NCBI GenBank assembly: GCA_965222155.1
Contig: CBDCTH010000012.1
Location: 3,360,001 to 3,424,000, forward strand
Direction: 5' to 3'
DNA: 64,000 nt
Source: Gammaproteobacteria bacterium
GTDB lineage: Bacteria > Pseudomonadota > Gammaproteobacteria > Eutrophobiales > Eutrophobiaceae
Part shown: positions 20,998 through 31,563 of the stretch, piece by piece
Position numbering within the stretch: position 1 is the first letter of the stretch
How the letters are laid out: the number at the start of each line of letters is the position of its first letter
Program-made: the position numbers and the translations under genes
Notes under the pieces: generated by a model
What the model was told of the DNA's origin: nothing
The model's database searches: none
What the model saw: the letters and a program-made list of their open reading frames with translations, nothing else

Positions 20998-23352
20998 TTA
21001 TTGAATTTTTCCCAGGGACCTCAGGATCTTCTCCGGCGTAAACGGTTGTGAAGTCACCTCTGCCCCGAAAGGCTCAAGCGCATCGTTGATCCCGTTCATG
21101 ATGGCGCCGCAGACGGCGATGATACCGGCCTCGCCACAGCCTTTTGCGCCCAGTTGCGTGGCTTTTGTCGGTGTCTCGATATGGTCGCACTCGATGTCCG
21201 GCATCTCGCTGGCCATGGGCAACAGGTACTCGAACATGTTGCCGTTCAACAACTGGCCGTTTTCATCGTAGATACATTCCTCATACAGACTTGAGCCTAT
21301 CCCCTGTACGACACTGCCGCGCATCTGCTCAACCACCAGTTTCTCGTTGATGATGCGGCCACAATCATCCACCGCCCAGACCTTGTTCAGTGTTACCAGT
21401 CCGGTATTGACGTCCACGTCCAGGGATACGCCCAGGGCGCAATTGGCGTAGACCATGAGCTGTTGGCGCTGGCTGTAATGACGGGTCACAATCAGTTCCG
21501 GCTCAAACTCCGCCGGCAGGGTATGCGTATTGAAATGGACGGTATTGCCGATTTCTGCCAGGGTGGTGACTTTCTCTTTCGTTTCCAGGTTAATCACGTC
21601 ACCGGCTTTAATGGTCAAGATGTCCGCCGGCTGTTCATGGACCGTGGCCGCCACTTCCAGGATCTTCTCGCGCATGTCCGTTGCCGCCAGCAGGCACGCC
21701 TCGCCGGCAATTGCCGTACCCCTGGATGCCCAGGTACCGCCGCCGAAGGGCGTTGTTGCGGTATCGCCCATGACGACGTTGATCTCGTCCATCGGTACGC
21801 CAAGCACGTCAGCGACGATCTGTGTAACCACGGCTTCGCCTCCCTGACCCTGGTCGGTCAACCCCGTTGCGCAGGAAATATTGCCGCCGGCCTCCAGGCG
21901 CAGAGTACAGGCGTCCCGGGAGCTGATCGGCGCGCCGCCCGCGGCATACAGGGCCGGGCTGGGCGAGGTGCCCTCTACGACGGTAACCAGGCCGATACCT
22001 TTATATACGCCTTTATCACGCGCCGCATCCCGTTCCTCCAGCAGTTTGTCGTAATCCATCATCTTCAACAGCTTGTCCAGCGACGCCTGTTGGGACAGGC
22101 ACTCAAGGTATTCTCCTGATATCCCGGTAACAGGATATGCGTCATCCTTGAATAAATTACGTTTTCTTATCTCGGCCTTGTCCATGCCTATCGCTTTGGC
22201 GGCCGCATCGACCAACCCTTCCGCCACCAGGCTGGCAACCGGCATGCCCACGCCGCGGTACTGGCCGGTGCTGACCTTGTTCTGGTAGACCAGCGAGGCA
22301 TTGGCGCGGTAGTGTTTCAGGTCGTAGGCCAGCGGCGTACAGATGGCGACCAGGAGAGGTTCGATCACACTGGTGCGGGGATGGATCAGGTAAGGCCCGG
22401 CGCCGGCCAGGTCATCCACTTCCAGGGCCTGGATTTTGCCGTCATTGTTGACTCCGATCCTTGCCTTGACCCGGTGTCCCCGGGCATGAATATCGGAAAC
22501 AAACGACTCCAGCCGATCGGCAACGAATTTCACCGGGCGGCGAATCAGCATACTGATGGCAGCGGTCGCAATCTCGTCGGAATAGACGTGCAGTTTCAGG
22601 CCGAATCCGCCCCCGATATCCGGGCAGATAATACGCACGTTTGCTTCATTCAATCCCAGTTGCTTTGCATAAATATAGCGTTGGATATGGGGAACCTGAC
22701 TGGTCAGGTACAGGGTCAGGTAACGTTTGGCAGGGTCATAATCGGCAATGGCGCCGCGCGCTTCCAGCGTAACACCGGTTTGCCGATTCACATGGAAAGT
22801 TTTCTCTACCACTACGTCAGACCCGGCCAGCACCTCATCCACTTCGCCCGTATCGATGTTGATTGACCAGGCGACGTTCGTTTCCAGCTCGGGATGAACC
22901 AGGGGCGACTCCGGCTTCAGTGCCTCCTCCGGGTCAACCACCGCAGGCAATTCCTCAAAATCCACCTCAACCAGTTCCGCCGCATCCTCGGCAACGGCTC
23001 TTGAATTGGCCACCACGGCTGCCACCGGTTCGCCCTGCCAGTGGACAACGTCTGTCGGCAGCGCGGCTTGTGGTACGGTTTTCATCTCACCCAGGTTGGT
23101 CAGTTGCGCGGTCCAGGGTTTACACACGGTTTCGATGTCCCGGCCGGTGATTACGTGACTGACGCCACTTATTTCCAGGGCTGTCGAGGTGTCAATACTG
23201 ACGATTCTTGCATGGGCGTAGGGGCTGCGGACAAAGCAGACGTGGAGCATTCCGGTTACAGTGATGTCATCCAGATAACGACCCCGGCCATGGATGTAAT
23301 TGAGGGAGTTCGGTCTGGGCGGACTTTGATCGATTATGTACGGATCAGGCAT
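20998..23352 (-). CDS. Xanthine dehydrogenase-family molybdopterin hydroxylase, large subunit
   Basis: RSPYAHA, GGGFGLK, YRGVG, QGQG and GAKGCGEAG motifs. Confidence 0.93.
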   Translation of the reverse strand: MPDPYIIDQSPPRPNSLNYIHGRGRYLDDITVTGMLHVCFVRSPYAHARIVSIDTSTALEISGVSHVITGRDIETVCKPWTAQLTNLGEMKTVPQAALPTDVVHWQGEPVAAVVANSRAVAEDAAELVEVDFEELPAVVDPEEALKPESPLVHPELETNVAWSINIDTGEVDEVLAGSDVVVEKTFHVNRQTGVTLEARGAIADYDPAKRYLTLYLTSQVPHIQRYIYAKQLGLNEANVRIICPDIGGGFGLKLHVYSDEIATAAISMLIRRPVKFVADRLESFVSDIHARGHRVKARIGVNNDGKIQALEVDDLAGAGPYLIHPRTSVIEPLLVAICTPLAYDLKHYRANASLVYQNKVSTGQYRGVGMPVASLVAEGLVDAAAKAIGMDKAEIRKRNLFKDDAYPVTGISGEYLECLSQQASLDKLLKMMDYDKLLEERDAARDKGVYKGIGLVTVVEGTSPSPALYAAGGAPISSRDACTLRLEAGGNISCATGLTDQGQGGEAVVTQIVADVLGVPMDEINVVMGDTATTPFGGGTWASRGTAIAGEACLLAATDMREKILEVAATVHEQPADILTIKAGDVINLETKEKVTTLAEIGNTVHFNTHTLPAEFEPELIVTRHYSQRQQLMVYANCALGVSLDVDVNTGLVTLNKVWAVDDCGRIINEKLVVEQMRGSVVQGIGSSLYEECIYDENGQLLNGNMFEYLLPMASEMPDIECDHIETPTKATQLGAKGCGEAGIIAVCGAIMNGINDALEPFGAEVTSQPFTPEKILRSLGKIQ

Positions 23353-23836
23353 CGGCTTTCTTCCTTGCGATTTCTTCAATGGCGTCGACGATCGCATGAT
23401 AACCAGTGCAACGACAGTAGTTGCCCGACAGGAAGGCGCGGATCGATTCTCGATCAGTTGCCTCGTGGGTGTTCAGAAACTCCGCCGCACTAATCAACAT
23501 GCCGGGGGTGCAAAACCCGCACTGCGCGGCGTTATGTTTAAGAAATGCCTGCTGCAAGGACGCTATCTCACCACTGTCCGTTACTCCCTCAATGGTTTCA
23601 ACGGAATGACCGTGAGCCTGTGCGGCCAGGGTCAGACATGAGCGGGCAATTCGGCCGTCAAACCTCACGGTACAAGCGCCACAAATGCCCTGTTCGCAAC
23701 CCACGTGGGTGCCGGTCAGTCCGACCCGGTGGCGTAGAAAGTCCGCCAGGCTTTCCCGTGCAGGCGCCTCGGCCTCTACGAGTGTACCGTTAACCGTAAT
23801 CGAGACAGAAAAATAGGGTTCACTTTTAGCTGACAT
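23345..23836 (-). CDS. Mo-hydroxylase 2Fe-2S small subunit
   Basis: GCEQGICGACTV, QCGFCTPG and CRCTGY motifs. Confidence 0.95.
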   Translation of the reverse strand: MSAKSEPYFSVSITVNGTLVEAEAPARESLADFLRHRVGLTGTHVGCEQGICGACTVRFDGRIARSCLTLAAQAHGHSVETIEGVTDSGEIASLQQAFLKHNAAQCGFCTPGMLISAAEFLNTHEATDRESIRAFLSGNYCRCTGYHAIVDAIEEIARKKADA

Positions 23837-23843
23837 TTCTTAG

Positions 23844-23915
23844 TCGTCGTTCCGGCGAAAGCAGAGTAGTGGCACAGGGATGTGCCATTTATGGACCAAA
23901 AGATGGAAATCCAGT
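23844..23915. repeat. REP-like intergenic element
   Basis: GTCGTTCCGGCGAAAGCAGAGTAGTGGCACAGGGATGTGCC...AAATCCAGT, similar to 5535-5604. Confidence 0.6.
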
Positions 23916-23918
23916 AGA

Positions 23919-24779
23919 TTAATCATCCTTATACAATTCCTCTATAATCGTTCCCAAATAATGTTTCGCCAGATGTCGTTTCATCTCAACACTCATATAG
24001 CTGTCACCCGCTATTTCAACCTCATCATCCACAGCAGCGGTTGCCTGCTCGACCAGTTCATCTGTCAGCTTTTTATTCACCAGCAGCTGCGCGATACCGG
24101 TAGCCAGCACAGGCGTGTTGGCGACGGCAAAAAACACCGGGCTGAATGAAGTAAATACGCCATCTTCCAGCTCAGCATTGACCACCAGGCCGGTTGAGGC
24201 AAAATCCCCCCTGCGCCGCACAAATTCCCGGAAGCCACAGACGCTGGTTTGTTTGGCAATGGGAAACGAAATTGAGGTCAACAGGTCGTTTTCCTGCAAG
24301 TCCGTTTCATACAGGTCTTTGAAATAATCACGGGCGCGCGTGGTTCTTGTGCCCTGTTTGTTTTGTATGGTGAAACGAGCGTCCAGGGCCACACAGCAGG
24401 CCGGCAATTCCGATGCGGGATCGGCCAGTGACACGTTACCGCCGATCGTGCCCCGGTTACGGACAGCCGCATGGGCCACGTGCTCGATGGCTTTTGCCAA
24501 CAGCGGCGTATGCCTGGCGACAAGTTCTGATCGTTCAAGTTCTACGTGCCGGGTCAGCGCACCGGTACGCAAGAACGCCCCTTGTAGCGTGATTCCCTTG
24601 AGTTCATCCAGGTCATTGATATCGATAAGCACGTCGGGTGCGGATAAACGCATGTTCAAGGTGGGGTTCAGACTCTGTCCGCCCGCCAGTACCTTGGTAT
24701 AACCTGTCGGCCGTTCAAGCAAATCAAGGACCTGATCCACGGATTTGGCCCGGACGTAATTGAATTGAGCGGGCTTCAA
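23919..24779 (-). CDS. Mo-hydroxylase FAD-binding medium subunit
   Basis: MKPAQFNY, LAGGQSL and VRNRGTIGGN motifs. Confidence 0.93.
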   Translation of the reverse strand: MKPAQFNYVRAKSVDQVLDLLERPTGYTKVLAGGQSLNPTLNMRLSAPDVLIDINDLDELKGITLQGAFLRTGALTRHVELERSELVARHTPLLAKAIEHVAHAAVRNRGTIGGNVSLADPASELPACCVALDARFTIQNKQGTRTTRARDYFKDLYETDLQENDLLTSISFPIAKQTSVCGFREFVRRRGDFASTGLVVNAELEDGVFTSFSPVFFAVANTPVLATGIAQLLVNKKLTDELVEQATAAVDDEVEIAGDSYMSVEMKRHLAKHYLGTIIEELYKDD

Positions 24780-24821
24780 TGAATGTCTCGGTGGGTCATA
24801 TTCGGGTTAAGCGAACTCATT

Positions 24822-25463
24822 TCATTGCCTGTTGCCATCCAGGGAGGCCAGCGCTTCAACTTCGTGCAGCTTCATAACCTCCGTGTATTTCATTTTCAGG
24901 TCAAACAGGTTGGCTTCGTGCTGTGCGATGGAACGATCTCCCACACAATCCTCGACGATCACGGGTTTGAAACCATGGCACATGGCGTCAACGGCCGAGG
25001 CGCGCACACAACCGCTGGTGGTTGCACCGCTGATTAATAAAGTCCTGATGCCCTTCATTGCCAGGTCAGAAGCCAGGTGCGTTCCGAAAAAAGCAGAGGG
25101 GAATTGTTTACGAATGATCAGGTCGCCGCGGGCAGGCGGCAGTTCCGGGACTACCTGGCTGAGGTCGGACATTTCGGTTAATTCCAGGCAACCCGGAACT
25201 TTGTCGGTAAACACGTTTGCGTCGGAACCGTCGTCTGCGTACACGATACGGGTAAAGCTGACCAGCCAGCCCCGTTTGCGGGCCAATGCCAGCAATGTCC
25301 GGGTTTTCTCGATGGCCGGCTTGATATTCCCCCCGCCGAATACCTCCGGATCAGCAAAGCTGTTGACGAAATCCACTATCAACAGCCCTGCAGGTGGCAG
25401 TAATTCCAGGCTCTTGCCAAAGCCCTGGCGATCATAAACTGTTTGCTCCGGTTGCTTACTCAT
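24822..25463 (-). CDS. Isochorismatase-family amidohydrolase (maleamate/N-carbamoylsarcosine amidase-like)
   Basis: LLIVDF, K..PSAFFGT, GATTSGCVRASAVDA and HEANLFDL motifs. Confidence 0.88.
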   Translation of the reverse strand: MSKQPEQTVYDRQGFGKSLELLPPAGLLIVDFVNSFADPEVFGGGNIKPAIEKTRTLLALARKRGWLVSFTRIVYADDGSDANVFTDKVPGCLELTEMSDLSQVVPELPPARGDLIIRKQFPSAFFGTHLASDLAMKGIRTLLISGATTSGCVRASAVDAMCHGFKPVIVEDCVGDRSIAQHEANLFDLKMKYTEVMKLHEVEALASLDGNRQ

Positions 25464-26553
25464 AGAGGTCTCCTGCCTTGTCTTCAGGCGGGTCATTCTT
25501 GATATCAATGGGGATGGCCGCTGCGAAAGCGCGTCTCAGATCGGCGATGAATTGATTGATATGCGCCTCAGTCGTATCCCAGGAGCACATCAGGCGTGCA
25601 CCGCTGTCACCCGTGACTATGTGATAGATCCAACCATATTCCTGCATGAACCGGTGGATGGCTACGGGCAAGCTCACAAACACGGCATTGCTTTCCACCG
25701 GCGCCAGCAATTCGGCGTCAGCAAACTGTTCCAGTCCGGCGGCCAGCAAGGCTGCGCACCGGTTTGCATGTCTTGCGTGTTTCAGCCAGGCATTATCTTC
25801 AAGCAGGCCCACCCAGAGCGCGCTGAGAAAGCGCATCTTTGAGGCCACGTGACCGGCCTGTTTACAGCGGTGTCCGAATTCGACAGCCAGGGACTTATCG
25901 AAGAAAACAATGGCTTCACCAACCGGCAAGGCCAGTTTTGTCGCACCGAACGAAAGCACGTCCACTCCGGCCTGCCAGGTGATCTCTTTTGCCGTTACCC
26001 CCAACGCAGCGACGCCATTGGCGAACCTTGCGCCATCCATATGGAAGTGGAGATCGTTGTCATGCACCACCTTTCCGATTGCCTGTATTTCATCCACAGT
26101 ATAAACCGTACCCATTTCCGTCGATTGGGTTATGGACACGGCTTTATGTAACTGGTAATGAAAATCGAAGGGTTGTTGCAATACCTGGTCAATATCCCGG
26201 GGATGGATTTTGCCGGCATTGCCATCCAGTAATTCCAAGCCGGCGCCCCCGGAAAAAAATGCCGGGCCGCCACACTCAGCGGTGGCGATGTGGGAATGTC
26301 TGTGGCAGATAATCTTGTGTTGCGGCCGGCAGATGCCGGCCAGGGCCAGTGAGTTGGCCGCGGTTCCGGTGAAGACGAAATACACGTCGCAGTCCGTCTC
26401 GAACAGTTCACGGATGAGATCGGAGGCTTTTGCAGTCCATTCATCCTCGCCGTATGCGGCGGCAAACCCCTGGTTAGCATTGGCCAGTGCGGCCCAGGCC
26501 TCAGGGATTATTCCGGCCGTGTTATCACTGGCAAAGTGGTATTTCAGTTGCAT
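25456..26553 (-). CDS. ltaE: Low-specificity L-threonine aldolase
   Basis: FASDN, YGED, GTAAN, HMDGARFAN and DVLSFGATK motifs. Confidence 0.9.
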   Translation of the reverse strand: MQLKYHFASDNTAGIIPEAWAALANANQGFAAAYGEDEWTAKASDLIRELFETDCDVYFVFTGTAANSLALAGICRPQHKIICHRHSHIATAECGGPAFFSGGAGLELLDGNAGKIHPRDIDQVLQQPFDFHYQLHKAVSITQSTEMGTVYTVDEIQAIGKVVHDNDLHFHMDGARFANGVAALGVTAKEITWQAGVDVLSFGATKLALPVGEAIVFFDKSLAVEFGHRCKQAGHVASKMRFLSALWVGLLEDNAWLKHARHANRCAALLAAGLEQFADAELLAPVESNAVFVSLPVAIHRFMQEYGWIYHIVTGDSGARLMCSWDTTEAHINQFIADLRRAFAAAIPIDIKNDPPEDKAGDLYE

Positions 26554-27617
26554 GGGTAGTGGGTTTTAATCGATTTATCATAGGGACTACGCAAAATACC
26601 CCGCTCCGTGATGATGCCTGTGAGCAGGTCATTCGGCGTGATATCGAAAGCGGGGTTGCCGGCTTTCACGTTATCAGGCGCGGTCTGCCGGCCACACCAG
26701 TGAGTCACCTCGTCCGGGGACCGTTCCTCAATCGGGATGTCCTTGCCGCTTGCTGCATCCAGGTCAATAGTCGAATAGGGGAGGGCCACATAGAACGGGA
26801 TGTTGAAGTGCCGCGCCAGGACAGCCAGACCCAATGTGCCAATCTTGTTGGCGGCGTCACCGTTCGCGGCAACCCGGTCGGCGCCGGTGATAACCAGGTC
26901 GATCTTGCCCTGGGCCATCATGGTGGCGGCCATGTTGTCACAGATCAGGGTTACGTCAATACCGGCTTGCAGCAGTTCCCAGGTAGTCAAGCGCGCCCCT
27001 TGCAGCAAGGGCCGGGTCTCGTCCACAAATACCCGGAATTCAATACCTTCCCGGTGGGCCAGGTACATGGGAGCGGTAGCCGTTCCCAGTTCGGAAGTGG
27101 CCAGCAGTCCGGCATTGCAGTGGGTCAGGATGCCCATGTCTTGCTTGATCAACGGCTTGCCGGCCTCGCCGATATTCCGGCACAGACGCCGGTCTTCGTC
27201 ATGGATGCGGATTGCCTCTGTAAGCAGTTCTGCATGTATCTGCCTTGGACTTGCGTCGGACAGTTCCAGACCGTGTCTTAGCAGCCGCCGCAATGCCCAG
27301 CGGAGGTTGACCCCGGTAGGTCGGGCGGCTTCCAGGCAGCCCGCCTGTTTGTGCATTTCTGTGACAAAAGAATCCCGATCCAGGTGCAGCTTGTCGCGCA
27401 GGGCAATCACCAGACCATAGGCCCCGGCGATGCCGATGGCCGGGGCGCCGCGCACCTTGAGTTGCTGAATGGAAGCCCGGACCTGGGCGGCAGAATCCTG
27501 CCGTTCTTCAACGACCTCTCCGGGCAGCCGGGTCTGGTCAAGCAGGTATAATTCTCCATCCTGCCAGCGGATAGCTTGGGGGAACTTTCCCGAATGCTTA
27601 TCCCGGGTTTCTGTCAT
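26544..27617 (-). CDS. mtnA: Methylthioribose-1-phosphate isomerase
   Basis: LDQTRLP, VRGAPAIG, THCNAG, ETRPLLQGARLT and NKIGT motifs. Confidence 0.95.
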   Translation of the reverse strand: MTETRDKHSGKFPQAIRWQDGELYLLDQTRLPGEVVEERQDSAAQVRASIQQLKVRGAPAIGIAGAYGLVIALRDKLHLDRDSFVTEMHKQAGCLEAARPTGVNLRWALRRLLRHGLELSDASPRQIHAELLTEAIRIHDEDRRLCRNIGEAGKPLIKQDMGILTHCNAGLLATSELGTATAPMYLAHREGIEFRVFVDETRPLLQGARLTTWELLQAGIDVTLICDNMAATMMAQGKIDLVITGADRVAANGDAANKIGTLGLAVLARHFNIPFYVALPYSTIDLDAASGKDIPIEERSPDEVTHWCGRQTAPDNVKAGNPAFDITPNDLLTGIITERGILRSPYDKSIKTHYPCN

Positions 27618-27852
27618 GGAATTTCAGTGTTTTTATTTTCAACGTGCCATCAATCTGTGTCAGTTGATGTGATCTATCCTGTCATGCAGGTATTATAACC
27701 GAGCAAGAGCACGTCTGATGCAGTAATTCCCCCGTGAACGGGTATGGAGGGCATGATAGTATCAAAGCCTGCTCCAGACTTGCCTTATGGAATAAGTTAT
27801 CCAGTATATCGTTCAGTTAAAGTCAGCGAGCTGAACCAGAGAGGAAATTACA

Positions 27853-28310
27853 ATGTCGAGTTGCTATGATGTTTTTGCAGAATGTGCTCGCGCTATTCGA
27901 GATGGTGAACTTATACAGGCCGTAAGTACGACCGATAAGGAATACCACTTTCAAAACTGGTTTCAAGCAAGGCTTGGATATCTTAACTTGGATTATGATG
28001 AACCAGGACGAAATACCTACCCTAAATGTACGTGGTTCCAACTCCTTTTGCGCTGACAACAGGGACTACAGGTGTTTATACTTTAATTGTGCCGGGTGAT
28101 TTTGTTACTGACCCAAGGTTTGAAAGAGTTGGTGATTTGGTACGAACTGAGGCTGAAAAGCTGGTTGTAGGCTATAGTTTTGATTTACACACCAATGAGT
28201 TGAAGTCCAAGACAGTTCCCAACTCGTCCGCAGGAAAAAAACATTGTTTCGCAGCATACAGGCTTAAAGATCAAGGGGGGAAACCTGTGGCTATGGCGGC
28301 TTATACATAA
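27853..28310 (+). pseudogene. Probable restriction endonuclease, internally deleted or frameshifted
   Basis: DKEYHFQNWF...GRNTYP breaks off and continues as VVPTPFAL in another frame; sits upstream of a DNA methylase. Confidence 0.5.
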
Positions 28311-28325
28311 GGATGCACCATAACT

Positions 28326-30526
28326 GTGACAAGTTCAGTTGCAGCGGTTACTGATAATAAGAAATCTTTGGATCACACTTTTTCAGAGCATACCCCTGGG
28401 CCAAGCCCAGGGCAGGCCCTGGAAACATCGTTGGCCCAGGGAAAGGCTTTAGATAACGCCAAAGCTATTGAAATCGCGTTCCCTGTTGAAGAGATAAGCC
28501 GACTTGCAGAGCGTGAAAGCTACCGAAAAGAAATTTTCAGGCCGATCTATCATATCCATAAATGGTGGGCTAATCGGTTGGGTTCGGTTTTCCGTGGAGT
28601 CGTTTTAGGCGCCATTTCAGAAAGCAATTTTGATATATGGAAAGAATTTTATAAAAAACATAACTTGCAGAATAAGATTGTCCTGGATCCATTTATGGGG
28701 AGTGGCACAACTCTCGGCGAAACGGCAAAACTGGGCGCCAAACCCGTTGGTTGTGATATTAATCCCATAAGTACATTTGCCGTCACGCAGGCGCTGACTA
28801 CCGTTGATATTGATGAGCTGACGCGCACTTTTCATAAGTTGGAAAGAGAAGTAAAGCCGGAAATCGAACGTTATTACACAACCCTTGACCGGGAAACAAA
28901 TCATCCCATTCCCGTACTTTATTATTTTTGGGTGAAACTGGTTGAAGCGCCTGGTGGGGAAACCCTGCCGCTTTTTAATTCGTATGTATTCAGCAGGAAC
29001 GCTTATCCGAAACAAAAGCCGACCGCGCAAATAGTTTGTCCTTCATGCTGGTCTTTGAATGTGGGACGATATGATGCCACCTGTCTGGTGTGCCATCAAT
29101 GTCACCACGAGTTCAATCCACAAAATGGTCCTGCAAATGACCAATATATTACTGACAGTATGGGTAACAAGTTTAAGATTAAGAAACTGTTGCCGAAAGA
29201 TGGTCGACCGTTACAGCACAGGCTTTATGCAATAATGGCATTAAGGAAAAATGGTGAAAAAGTCTATCTGTCGCCAAATACTTATGACCACGACCTGGTG
29301 GAAGAAGCCAGGCAACGACTCGAAGAAGAAAATTTACCGCTGCCGAAAATGCCGGTACGGTCTGGTCATAATACCAATCAGGCACGAAGTTATAATTATT
29401 TGTACTGGAGAGATTTTTTTAACTCCAGGCAGCTACTATGTCTTGGTTTATTACTGCAAAAAATTCAGCAGATAAATAATGAAGTGATTAAAAATCAATT
29501 CCTTTGCTTATTTTCCAGCACCTTGGAATTTAATAATTTGTTTTGCAGTTTTAAAGGTGAAGGAACAGGTGCGGTGCGACATATGTTTTCGCATCATATT
29601 CTCAAACCTGAGCGAACTCCTCTGGAGAATAATGTTTGGGGAACTTCAAAAAGCAGCGGCGCATTTGCTTCTTTATTCAAATCCCGCCTGTTGAAAGCGA
29701 AAACCTACTTGCAAACACCTTCTGAAATTTATTTCCCCGAAGATATGTTTGGAAATATGGAGACGAAGTCACAATACCTCATAGCAAGTGACCCTGTTAA
29801 GCTGAAAATAACGGACTTATGGGAGGAATTCAGCAACCATCCTCATCAGGCAATGGTACTGAACGGAGATAGTGCTGAACTGCCAATTCCTGACAACAGT
29901 GTAGATGCCGTTGTTACTGATCCGCCCTACTTTGACTTCGTTCATTACAGTGAATTGAGTGATTTCTTCTTTGCTTGGCTTGCGCCGGTTTTATCAGAGC
30001 GTTACCCGTTTTTTAATCGAGCCAGCAGCTATCATGCAAGAGAAGTACAAAATAAAGACCCCGACGACTTTGCCACGAATCTGAGCCGCGTCTTCTGCGA
30101 GTGTTACCGTGTCCTCAAAGAGGACGGTATTTTATCGTTCAGTTTCCATCATTCCAGACCGGAAGGTTGGTCAGCGATATACAAGGCGTTACGCAACGCG
30201 CGTTTTCGGTGGTAAATTCTTATCCGGTCCATGCGGAAATGAAGGTTGCAAGCCCCAAAACGAGTGCCAAGGAACCTATTACCCTCGATATGATTTTAGT
30301 TTGTAAAAAACAGGAGAATGCTGTTTTCAGGATGTCTGAAGATAGCATGGAAAAAACATTGTTCAAGCAAATTAAACAGATGGAAAGTGGGGATGGTAAA
30401 TTCTCAAAATCAGATCGATTCAATATTCGGGCATCACTGCTTTTGGTTACTGCGTCAAGGTCCTCGATATCCAGCGAAGACCTTGAAAGGCTTATCAGAG
30501 AGAAAGAAGGACAGGAGGGTCGCTGA
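28326..30526 (+). pseudogene. Amino-type DNA methyltransferase (DUF1156-like architecture), frameshifted near 30205
   Basis: HKWWA.R, LDPFMGSGTT, TDPPYFD and Zn-finger CPSC/CHQC; C-terminus continues in ORF 30101-30526; AT-rich. Confidence 0.85.
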
Positions 30527-30528
30527 TC

Positions 30529-30580
30529 CCGGAACGAGGGCAGCTTGCCCTCGTCGAGGGCGGGACGCCCTCGCTCCCAG
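30529..30580. repeat. REP-like double hairpin
   Basis: GAGGGCAGCTTGCCCTC..GAGGGCGGGACGCCCTCGCTCCC, same family as the hairpins at ~5305 and ~39525. Confidence 0.65.
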
Positions 30581-30716
30581 GAAAATGTACAGGGTTATTG
30601 AGAAGTTACGCTTTTCTTGCAGGAGATTTCGTTTTCCGCCTTCCCCATGGTCTCCTCATCCCAGTGTTTAATGAATGCAAGATAAAAAATACATGACTGA
30701 TACTTCTTTTTATCTT

Positions 30717-31493
30717 TCATTTCCCGGTGAATCTGGCCTCTCTTTTCTCCAGAAATGCCGCAATGCCTTCTCTACAGTCGGCACTGTCGAAACACAAGTG
30801 CTGTAACGCGGCTTCCGCGCTGATAGCGTCTGCATAGCTGAGGGTCAGGGACTGACGCATCATATTTTTGGTTCGCGCCAGCGCCAGCGGTGCTTTACCG
30901 GCAAGCCTGGTTGCCCACTCCCGAGTCGTAGCCAGGAGGGCGTCATCCGCCACGACTTTGTTGACCAGCCCCAGTTCCCTGCAACGTGCGGCAGATAAGC
31001 GGTCATTATCAATAGCCATTTGATAAGCGTTCATATATCCCATGGCGCGGACCAGCAACCAGGTGCTACCGCCGTCCGGGATCAGGCCGATACTGCTGAA
31101 CGGTGAAAGCAGAAAGGCGTTTTCTCCTATTACTGATAAGTCACAGGCCAGGGCGTATGATAGGCCGATGCCGGCCGCAAAACCATTGATAGCGCTGATG
31201 ACGGGTTTTTCCATCTCCGTGATGTTGATCAGACTGGGCCTGTATTCTTCATTCAGTATCTGCTCAACCTCTGCACCGGTTTTGAACCCGGCCTTCAAAT
31301 CCGCCCCGGCACTGAAGCAGCGCCCGGCGCCGGTGAGTATGACGGCGCGGATCGTCTTATCGTTGCGAGCCTTTGCGGTCGCATCAACAAGATCCGACTG
31401 CATTTCCTTATCGAATGAATTGAGCGATTCAGGTCGATTAAGCGTTATAACCGCAACGGCGCCCTCGGTCTCATATAAAACGGTGTTTGTCAT
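30717..31493 (-). CDS. Enoyl-CoA hydratase/isomerase
   Basis: ITLNRPESLNS, FSAGADL, GLIPDGG and EGIAAFLEKR motifs. Confidence 0.93.
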   Translation of the reverse strand: MTNTVLYETEGAVAVITLNRPESLNSFDKEMQSDLVDATAKARNDKTIRAVILTGAGRCFSAGADLKAGFKTGAEVEQILNEEYRPSLINITEMEKPVISAINGFAAGIGLSYALACDLSVIGENAFLLSPFSSIGLIPDGGSTWLLVRAMGYMNAYQMAIDNDRLSAARCRELGLVNKVVADDALLATTREWATRLAGKAPLALARTKNMMRQSLTLSYADAISAEAALQHLCFDSADCREGIAAFLEKREARFTGK

Positions 31494-31563
31494 GTTAAAA
31501 TCCCCGATTCTAAGCGTTATTATTATTCACGAATTTGACAATGAGTCCATAGCATAAGGCAAT

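Noticed and set aside
20998-24779. Aerobic CO dehydrogenase (coxMSL)
   Set aside because: The large subunit has YRGVG rather than the form I AYxCSFR motif, so it is better called a generic Mo-hydroxylase
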